A DNA stretch of 64,000 nucleotides, from positions 512,001 through 576,000 of the forward strand of contig CAVYRF010000001.1 of NCBI GenBank assembly GCA_963770895.1, written 5' to 3'. A program made the translations under genes and the position numbers. Positions 1 through 6,865 of this stretch are shown in pieces. This DNA comes from an uncultured Acidobacteriota bacterium. Lineage in GTDB: Bacteria; Acidobacteriota; Thermoanaerobaculia; Multivoradales; UBA5704. Numbering within the stretch: position 1 is the first letter of the stretch; each line of letters begins with the position of its first letter. The notes under the pieces are model-generated. The model made no database searches and had not been told where the DNA came from. It saw nothing but the letters and a program-made list of their open reading frames with translations.

Positions 1-107
1 TGCATCAGCACCTGCCGCTGGGCCGGCAGCAGCGGGTCCCAGGTGCCGACCATGGCGACCGCGCCTTTGGCGGGCGCCCCGCCGCCGCCTTCAAGACGGG
101 CGCGCAT
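1..107 (-). CDS. 5' fragment of a gene downstream of lanC-like, possibly nucleotidyltransferase-like (runs off the window)
   Basis: ATG at 107 overlaps the lanC-like 3' end. Reads MRARLEGGGGAPAKGAVAMVGTWDPLLPAQRQVLM; VGTWDPL resembles the G-x-F-D-x-x-H start of HIGH-type nucleotidyltransferases, but His is absent. Confidence 0.35.
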   Translation of the reverse strand, partial: MRARLEGGGGAPAKGAVAMVGTWDPLLPAQRQVLM

Positions 108-1236
108 GAGCGGTCCGGGCGCACGCCCGCAGCCAGGGTCCCGAGAGCAGCGCATCGGTTGCGCCGGCGGCGTGGAGCGCGAGCGCGGTCGCCGGACCGA
201 GAAATCCCACCCAGAGGTCCGGTGTGACCACCTCCGGTCTCTCGGAGCTCCAGACGCAGCACCCGTCCCGCCGCTGTGCCTGCAGGCGGAGCGCCGCCGC
301 CGCGCTCGCCGCCCGCCGCCGGGCGAGCTCGCGGTGGCGCGGGACACAGGCCAGCAGCCGCCAGAGCTCCAGCTCGCCCGCCAGCCCGTGGCAGTAGACC
401 GGAGAGCTGATCGCCGTCGCGGCCTCCAGCCGCCGCACGCTCCAATCGATGGGCTGGCGCAGTCCCGGATCGTCGCCATAGGCCAGCAGCAGGCACCACA
501 GATGGCCGGCAATGCCATGACACCACGACAGGGCGGGCGCCGCCGAGCCGTCCAGCGCGCGCCGGAGCGTCTGGCCCCGCGATACCTTGCCATGCTTGAA
601 GATCCGCACGAACGTGTCGCGTGCCAGCGCGGCCGCGGCCGGTTGCCGGGCGAGGCGGCCCCAGGCGGCCAGGGCGAGCGCGATGCCGGCCGAGCCGTGA
701 GCCGCCCCCGTCGCCGCCGGTGCGGCCGGCTCGTCGGCCGGCCACACGCGGAGGCCCTGGTCGAGGGTGGCCGTGGCGATCAACCGGCCGGCGCAACCGG
801 CAGCCAGCTCGGCCGCCGCGGGATCGTCCAGTGCCTCCGCCACCAGGCAGGCCGCCCACAGCACGCCCGCGGCACCGCCGAAGAGGTCGTGGTCGCCGCA
901 CCCGGCCGCTCCCGCCCGCAGCCGGTCGTGCGCCGCCGCGATCCAATCGGGGCGGTCCTGGCGCCTGCCGGCGACGGCCAGGGCGAGCGCGGCGCCGGCG
1001 TTGCCGGTGAACAGGCCGTGCGCCGCCGCCTGGGGGGCGCGCTCGGCCAGCGCCGCGGCGCCCGCCGCCACGTCGGCGCGAAAATCGCCCCGGCCCGAGC
1101 ATTGGTCGAGCGCCAGAAGGCCGAGCATCACCCCCGCGGTGCCGGTGTTGACGCCTTCGCCCGCCTCCAGGCTGCCCAGCGGCTGGTCGCTGCGCCAGAT
1201 GGACCCGCCGCTCGCGGGCTGCCGGAAGCGGCGCAT
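91..1236 (-). CDS. Lanthionine synthetase LanC-like protein
   Basis: Repeated GxAG helix-barrel motifs (TGTAG, TGNAG, GGAAG, HGSAG) and Zn-ligand motifs SWCHGIAG and YCHGLAG. No lyase or kinase domain in the ORF. Confidence 0.85.
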   Translation of the reverse strand: MRRFRQPASGGSIWRSDQPLGSLEAGEGVNTGTAGVMLGLLALDQCSGRGDFRADVAAGAAALAERAPQAAAHGLFTGNAGAALALAVAGRRQDRPDWIAAAHDRLRAGAAGCGDHDLFGGAAGVLWAACLVAEALDDPAAAELAAGCAGRLIATATLDQGLRVWPADEPAAPAATGAAHGSAGIALALAAWGRLARQPAAAALARDTFVRIFKHGKVSRGQTLRRALDGSAAPALSWCHGIAGHLWCLLLAYGDDPGLRQPIDWSVRRLEAATAISSPVYCHGLAGELELWRLLACVPRHRELARRRAASAAAALRLQAQRRDGCCVWSSERPEVVTPDLWVGFLGPATALALHAAGATDALLSGPWLRACARTAHARPS

Positions 1237-1856
1237 TGGTGTGCGAGGTCGCGGAAATGAGCCCGTGGTTTACGCCAGATGCGCAGGAGCAGGAGAGAGG
1301 CCGCGCCAGCCGCGTGGGGGCGGCGTTCTCTGCTGCTCCTTGGTCCAAGCGATCAAGGCGCCTGTGGCCGCGGAGCATCGGCTTGTGGCTGAGGTGTGGC
1401 GGCGGGTGAAGCGACACGGGGCGCCGGCGGCGGGGTCGGTGGCGGCTGCTGCGCGCCCGGCCCGGTCGGGTGGGCCGGCGACACCGGCGGCGGCGACAGG
1501 TGGGCAGCGCCGGCGTGGGTTCCGGATGGGACGGCATTCGCCACATCGGACACCTCTTCAAGGAAGGTTGAGAGGTAGGGCCAGACGCGCGCCCAGCGGC
1601 TGGGAGGGGGCGAAGACCTTTGAGCTCATGAGATCACCCCGTCTGGAAGCCATCAACCGGCACCGACTTCAAACGCCATGCCAGGGTCGTCGCAACTGCT
1701 TCGTTGGCATGAAAAGCCTGTCAGAGCTGCGTTCTGCCGAGTGGTGCGCGGTGCGGGGCTCAGCGCAGCGCCCTCTTGGCAGAACGGCAGCGTCCGGCGC
1801 GCGGCTGCTCCGGCGGACCGGCGCGCCGCGCTCCTCAAGGAAGAACCGGTTCCCAG

Positions 1857-1874
1857 TATGTCAGATATGACATA
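1857..1874. promoter_or_regulatory. Inverted repeat TATGTCA-GATA-TGACATA, probable TA-operon operator
   Basis: Perfect 7-bp arms in an AT-rich patch just upstream of the toxin remnant and HTH antitoxin. Confidence 0.6.
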
Positions 1875-1884
1875 TTCTTCTCTT

Positions 1885-1980
1885 GTGACGGCTGGCGACA
1901 AGCCGCTCGTGTGGCTGCACGGTGAGATCAAGCGTCGCCTCGCAGCCTACGATCGGCTGGGAGAAGGAGACCGATCATGA
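1885..1980 (+). pseudogene. RelE/HigB-family toxin with a large in-frame internal deletion
   Basis: MTAGDKPLVWLHGEIK|RRLAAYDRLGEGDRS: the recognisable N-terminus (DKPLVWLHGEIK) is joined directly to the C-terminus (RRLxxYD). Stop overlaps the antitoxin start (ATGA). Confidence 0.7.
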
Positions 1981-2315
1981 AAAGCACGAAAAGAGATCGC
2001 CTCGAAGCGAACGGATGGAAGATCGGGACCGCCGAGGAACTCCTGGGTCTTTCGCGCGAGGAAGCGGCGTACATTGAGTTGAGGATCAGGCTGAGCGACG
2101 CGGTACGCACGCTCCGGCGGCGGCGCTCGATGACGCAGGTGCAGGTCGCCAAGCTTCTGCACTCCAGCCAAAGCCGCATCGCCAAGGCCGAGGCCGCGGA
2201 CGAATCCGTCTCTCTCGACCTCCTCATCCGGTCCCTCCTTGCTCTGGGAGCGACCGATCACGATCTCGCCCAGGTGATCCACGGGCTGCCTCGTACCCGA
2301 TCTGCTGCCCGGTAG
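1977..2315 (+). CDS. XRE/HigA-type HTH antitoxin
   Basis: LEANGWKIGTAEELLGLS...MTQVQVAKLLHSSQSRIAKAE...SLDLLIRSLLALGA; GGAG RBS upstream. Confidence 0.85.
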   Translation: MKSTKRDRLEANGWKIGTAEELLGLSREEAAYIELRIRLSDAVRTLRRRRSMTQVQVAKLLHSSQSRIAKAEAADESVSLDLLIRSLLALGATDHDLAQVIHGLPRTRSAAR

Positions 2316-2412
2316 CGCGGCCGCGACGGGCTGCCTGCGTCCTGGATGGTCGTGGCTGGCCTTGCCCTGAACGGCTACTCCCCCTGCCGTGGCAGCTGCT
2401 AAACTAACGGAC

Positions 2413-2592
2413 ATGGCCAGGACGATCGATCAGCTGATCAGCAAGGCGCTGTTGCTGCCGGACGGGAAAGCGCCCGGATCGCCACGCGGCTCTTGGAAAG
2501 CCCTCACGAGGTGAAGGACGACGCCGTGGATGCGGCGTGGGCCGCCGAGATCGAGCGCCGGTGTGCCGACCTGGACTCCGGCCGCCCTGCCG
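2413..2592 (+). pseudogene. Frameshifted addiction-module component (TIGR02574-like antitoxin)
   Basis: MARTIDQLISKALLLPDG, then after a frameshift ..ARIATRLLES..DAVDAAWAAEIERRCADLDSGR. Truncated where the peptide-gene remnant begins. Confidence 0.65.
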
Positions 2593-2822
2593 GAGCGGTG
2601 CAATCCTGGCCGGGTCCAGCTCACCGGCGTTTGCCGGCACCGTGGGAACCAGCTTGCCGCGGGTGAGTCCCGCGGCCGATGCCGGTATCACTGTGCCAGG
2701 CTGGGATTGGCTTGCATCGCTGTGGTCGAAGGCGATCGCCACCGCCGGCTGGCGCCAGGTCCCTATGTGGTCTCTCCGCAGATCCAAACGGCGGCGGTTC
2801 TGGTAGCCTTCCACCCTCGTAA
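2593..2822 (+). pseudogene. Truncated, frameshifted paralog of the secreted DPxG peptide precursor at 4563-4859
   Basis: SGAILAGSSSPAFAGT...PGWDWLASLWSKA aligns with 4563-4859. After a frameshift near 2760 it reads LCGLSADPNGGGSGSLPPS-stop. Start codon and RBS are missing. Confidence 0.8.
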
Positions 2823-2920
2823 ACCTGAACACTGGCCGGAGCGGCCCGCTGAAATCCGCGGGTTCTCCGGCCCTTTACCGGCGCCGCCGCCGGGCGCGCG
2901 AGAAAACCGCGCACCCGCGT

Positions 2921-4429
2921 TCAGGGTTCTCCGGTCCAGCCGAGCAGGGACCGCTCGAAGACCAGCTGCGGGTCCTGCCGGGCGCGCTCCAGGCAGGAGA
3001 GGAGATGCCGGACCTGTTCGGCATTGGCGGTTTCCGCTGCGCTTGCCTCGCAGAAGAGCCGCAGCGAGGCCAGTGTCTCGCGGTGAACCTGCTGCGACTC
3101 GAAGATGCAGACCATCGATCCGGCCAGCTGCCGCACCTCGCCGAAGCGCCCCTCTTCGAGGTAGACGATGGCGAGCTCCAGCGATACCGCTGCCGTCAGG
3201 TAGATGTTGCGCCGGGCCACGAATTCCGCTCGCGCTTGCTCAAAGGAGTCCATCGCCTGCTGCCGGCGCCCCTGGCCTGCGGCCACGCGGCCCTGGAGCC
3301 AGAGGAGGCGCACCAGGTCCAGGTCGTGGCCGAGTGCGGTTGCTGCCTCGGTGGCCGCTTGCAGCTGAGCGTCGGCGTCCTGGTAACGCCCCAGATGGCA
3401 GAAGCAGACCAGCCGGTTGAATTGCATGACCCAGCGCAGCCGTGGTTCTGCTACGGCGCCGAGCCGTTGCTCCGCTTCGTCCAGCGTCGCCAGCGCGGCG
3501 GCAAGGTCCCCCGCGCGCTCCAGCACGGTCGCCTTCTTGATGAGAATCCGCCCAACCGCCTCAGGCGGTGCGATCTGGCGAGCGCGGTCGAGCAGACTTG
3601 AGGCCGCCGCCCAGTTGCGCTGATCCCTGCGCAGCGATGCTTCGAGATCGAGCGGCCGCCATTCGGCGAGCAAGCCTGCGTAGCCAAGTGTGATTTCCCC
3701 CCACAGGGTCCGGGTCATGGCGAACGCTGCGTCGGCAGCCGGCAGGTCACCCTGTACCCGCAGCGCATTGCCGATGAACGCCCAGGCATAGGCCTGCAGG
3801 CGCACTTTCCAGCTGGCGTCGCCCGGCGAGCGTTCGCCAGCTCTCAGGCCAAGCTGCGCCAATTCGAGCGCCTGTTCGGCATTTTCGGCGGCCACCCTCT
3901 CGCTCTCCTCGCACAGCCGCTCGCTGAACGCCCAGGTGTGCAAATCCGGGGTCACCTCGATCATCCGTCGCCGCTGCGCGCCCGGCCCATTCGACTGGAA
4001 GTGCGCCCAAAGAAGCGGGACGCTGAGTCGGTCATGGCTGGTCGGCAGCGCCCGTCGTCTGGCAGCGCCGCGAGCCATCAGGTCCGCCAGAAACACTGCG
4101 ATCCCGGATCGTACGGTATCCACGATGGCCTGCTCGGTTTCCGCCGGCCCTCCGCCGCCGGCGCGAGGGCGGCTGGCTAGCGCCGGCGAGGCAGCGGGGG
4201 TGAGCACCAGCCGCACCGCCGGCTGTAGAACCGACTCGACAAACGGCAGCGACAGGCCCGCTGCCGCGGCAAGGCGTGTCAGGTGGGGCCGCGACGGGCT
4301 CATGTCGCCCGTTTCGTAGCGGCTGATGGTGGTGCGGTCGATCGAGGCCGCGGCGCCCATCTCCTCCTGGCTCGCACCGCGGATCGAGCGCAAAACTCGG
4401 ACCAGCAGATGTACCTCGTGGGTCGCCAC
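2921..4429 (-). CDS. XRE-HTH plus TPR-repeat regulator (paralog 1)
   Basis: GGAGGGG RBS then GTG at 4429. HTH LRSIRGASQEEMGAAASIDRTTISRYETG followed by helical repeats (YAWAFIGNALRVQGDL, LLWLQGRVAAGQG, VSLELAIVYLEEG). The longer ORF-track start overlaps the peptide gene and is rejected. Confidence 0.85.
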   Translation of the reverse strand: MATHEVHLLVRVLRSIRGASQEEMGAAASIDRTTISRYETGDMSPSRPHLTRLAAAAGLSLPFVESVLQPAVRLVLTPAASPALASRPRAGGGGPAETEQAIVDTVRSGIAVFLADLMARGAARRRALPTSHDRLSVPLLWAHFQSNGPGAQRRRMIEVTPDLHTWAFSERLCEESERVAAENAEQALELAQLGLRAGERSPGDASWKVRLQAYAWAFIGNALRVQGDLPAADAAFAMTRTLWGEITLGYAGLLAEWRPLDLEASLRRDQRNWAAASSLLDRARQIAPPEAVGRILIKKATVLERAGDLAAALATLDEAEQRLGAVAEPRLRWVMQFNRLVCFCHLGRYQDADAQLQAATEAATALGHDLDLVRLLWLQGRVAAGQGRRQQAMDSFEQARAEFVARRNIYLTAAVSLELAIVYLEEGRFGEVRQLAGSMVCIFESQQVHRETLASLRLFCEASAAETANAEQVRHLLSCLERARQDPQLVFERSLLGWTGEP

Positions 4430-4445
4430 TATCCCCTCCGTTCGA

Positions 4446-4471
4446 TTTGGCGCACAATCTTGTGCATCAAA
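4446..4471. promoter_or_regulatory. Inverted repeat TTTG-N2-GCACAA-TC-TTGTGC-N2-CAAA in the divergent promoter
   Basis: Seen directly in the AT-rich interval between the HTH-TPR start (4429) and the peptide start (4563). Confidence 0.55.
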
Positions 4472-4562
4472 GGCAAATTTTTTATGTCTAAGGCACGCAT
4501 TCAGGAGATCCCTGCCACGGTGCCAAGGTGGTGCCGCGGCGCACTCCATGAAAGGAGACAGC

Positions 4563-4859
4563 ATGTCCATCTTCATCTCTCGTCGCCTTGTCCCCGTATT
4601 GCTGAGCGGTGCCATCTTGGCTGGTTCCAGCTCGCTGGCATTTGCCGGGACCTTCGGGGCCAACGCTTCCCGCGTGAACCCCTCAACTGCTGCCGGCTTC
4701 GTGCTTCCGGGCTGGGATTGGTTGGCATCGCTTTGGTCGAAGGCGACCACCCCGACCGGCAATCGGCAACCACAGCCCACGCCGTTGTGTGGTCTTTCTG
4801 CCGATCCAAGCGGCGGCTGTTCCAACTCCTCGCCGTCGGTTGCGCCGACCGGGAGATAA
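4563..4859 (+). CDS. Small secreted precursor (98 aa) with CGLSADPSGGC motif
   Basis: Strong RBS AAAGGAGA at 4551-4558. Sec-type signal MSIFISRRLVPVLLSGAILAGSSSLAFA, amphipathic WDWLASLW, G-x3-DPSG motif. A paralog at 2593-2822 supports the coding frame. Confidence 0.8.
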   Translation: MSIFISRRLVPVLLSGAILAGSSSLAFAGTFGANASRVNPSTAAGFVLPGWDWLASLWSKATTPTGNRQPQPTPLCGLSADPSGGCSNSSPSVAPTGR

Positions 4860-4984
4860 TCCAGGCCCTGCCGAGCATCGGCGCCATGGCGATCCAGGCG
4901 GGCAAGGCCAAGCTGGACAATTGCACCTTGACTCCCGATCTACCTGACAAGCACCAGGACTTGGCGCTTGGCCGGTGCACCCGT

Positions 4985-6613
4985 TCAGACCGCGGGTGCA
5001 CCGGCCTTTTCCTCGAGGCGCTTGCGCCTGGTCAGCAGGAATGCCTCGAAATCCAGCCCTGGTTGATGACGGGCACGCTCCAGGTATAAATGAATGCCGC
5101 GCAGCTGCTCCAGGTTGATCGTTTCTGCTTCCAACCCCTGGGAGAAGAGCCGTAGTGCGGCCAACGCTTCCCGGTGGACTCTTTGCGAGTGGAAGATGCG
5201 GATCATCGATCGCGCCAGCTCTCGGGCTTCGCCGACGCGGCCTTCTTCCAGGTAGAGGATTGCCAGCTCGATCGATACCAGCGCCGTCTCGTAGCTGTTG
5301 TTGCTGGTGGTGAATTCGGCGCGAACCCGTTCCAGGGCGTCGATCGCGTCTTGCCGCTCCCCCTTGCCGGCGGCGACGTGCGCCCTGAGCCACAGCAACC
5401 GCAGAAGGTCCAGACGGTTGTCCAGCTCCACCGCCGGCTGGCTCATGCCGGACAGGCGGGACTCCGCTTCCTGATAGCGGCCCAGGCGACACAGGCAGGT
5501 GATCTGGTTGTACCGCACCGACCAGCGCAGGCGTGGATCGGTGCCTACCTCGACCAGCGGCGCCGCTTCGTCCAGAGCGCCCAGCGCGGCTTCCGTTTCG
5601 TCGATCAGTACCAGCACGGTCGCCTTTTTGACCAGGATCCGCCCCGCTGCTTCCGGCGGTGCAAGCTGGCGGGCACGCTCCAGCAACGCCAAGGCAGTGG
5701 ACCACTGCCGTTGATCCCGTCGCAGAGAAGCTTCCAGATCGGACAGGCGCCATTCTTCAACCTCGCCGTTGCCGGCCTCAGCCCCTTGGTCCCAAAGCTT
5801 GCCTGCGGTGGCGAAGGCCTGATCCGCCGCGGGCAGGTTGCCGCCCACCCGGCGCGCGTTGCCGACGAAGGCCCAGGCGTAGCCCTGAAGGCGGGCGAGC
5901 CAGCCGGGCTCACCCAGCGCCAGTTGGGCGGCACGCAGGCCCAGAGTGGCAAGCTCCAGCGCTTCGGCGGCGCTGCGGGCCGCCGCTCTCTCGCTTTCCT
6001 CGCAAAATCGCACGCTCATGGCCCAGGTCTGCAGGTGGAAGCCGTGCTCCAGGAGCAGGCGCCTTTCGGCCGGGGTGCGGGATTTCAGGGCTTGCCAGTT
6101 GCTGTCGGCATCCTGCCGCTCGGCTTGGGCGCGATGGGCTTGCACCAGCCTGGCGGTGTGGCCCTGCAGGACCTCGCTGAGGATGCGGGTCATGCGCATC
6201 ACGAAGGCGTTGGTCAGGCGCTGCTCGGCGGGTGTCGGGGCGAACGGGTCGGCGCCGGGGTCGGCGGCTTGTGCCGCCTGTGCTGCTGTGCCCCGCGGGG
6301 CGCCGGTGACTGGCGGGGCGCCGGGGCCTTGCGGGGCGGTGGCTGGCCGGCGGTCCGGCGCGTCTCCGGTGTTGAGCGCGTAGAGCAGCGACACCAGGCC
6401 GATCACCAGCTCGCTGGCGCCGTCGTCGGTGCCCATGACGGCGGCCAGTTGGTTCAGGCGTTCGCGGGTGAGGCGGATCTTGCCGCTCTCATATTGGGAG
6501 AGCTGGCTGGTGACGACGCCGCTGGCCTTGGCGAGGTCCGTCTGCGTCCATCCTCGGACCAGGCGGAGGAGGGTCAGGGAAAGGCCCAGGGGAGGCGGGA
6601 TCGAGCGTGCCAT
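4985..6613 (-). CDS. XRE-HTH plus TPR-repeat regulator (paralog 2)
   Basis: HTH LRLVRGWTQTDLAKASGVVTSQLSQYESG; TPR region colinear with 2921-4429 (EWRxxDLEASLRRDQR, GRILxKKATVL, FxSQxVHRE). Confidence 0.88.
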   Translation of the reverse strand: MARSIPPPLGLSLTLLRLVRGWTQTDLAKASGVVTSQLSQYESGKIRLTRERLNQLAAVMGTDDGASELVIGLVSLLYALNTGDAPDRRPATAPQGPGAPPVTGAPRGTAAQAAQAADPGADPFAPTPAEQRLTNAFVMRMTRILSEVLQGHTARLVQAHRAQAERQDADSNWQALKSRTPAERRLLLEHGFHLQTWAMSVRFCEESERAAARSAAEALELATLGLRAAQLALGEPGWLARLQGYAWAFVGNARRVGGNLPAADQAFATAGKLWDQGAEAGNGEVEEWRLSDLEASLRRDQRQWSTALALLERARQLAPPEAAGRILVKKATVLVLIDETEAALGALDEAAPLVEVGTDPRLRWSVRYNQITCLCRLGRYQEAESRLSGMSQPAVELDNRLDLLRLLWLRAHVAAGKGERQDAIDALERVRAEFTTSNNSYETALVSIELAILYLEEGRVGEARELARSMIRIFHSQRVHREALAALRLFSQGLEAETINLEQLRGIHLYLERARHQPGLDFEAFLLTRRKRLEEKAGAPAV

Positions 6614-6865
6614 GCTCAGGGCCTGGTTGCGCCCGGACCTGCAAGGCAGGACGTCGAGCCGAACAAAGGTCTGGTCATAGGCGCTAATACTACCCTACTT
6701 CAGGAATTTTTTCACATCTGCTACACAGCGTTGCCTGCCCCCCGTAACGGCCTGGCGCGACTTGTTGCGCCGGCCGGCCACCCGTAAGAAATCCACCGCT
6801 GGCGCGTGTAGGGAATAGAGGCAGCACGCAGGCGGGCAGGCAGGGTGGCGGCCCAGGAGGGTCCG

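Noticed and set aside
1353-1553. 66-aa Pro-rich ORF as a RiPP precursor
   Set aside because: No Cys, low complexity, and no clear RBS in that frame.
4430-4825. N-terminal extension of the 634-aa ORF 2921..4825
   Set aside because: It is the antisense of the peptide gene and promoter. A good RBS and GTG at 4429 directly precede the HTH.
4563-4859. DPxG peptide as the lanthipeptide precursor for the LanC-like enzyme or substrate of the C39 exporter
   Set aside because: It has a Sec-type signal rather than a double-glycine or Lan leader, and the 47738 counterpart has no Cys. Not fully excluded.
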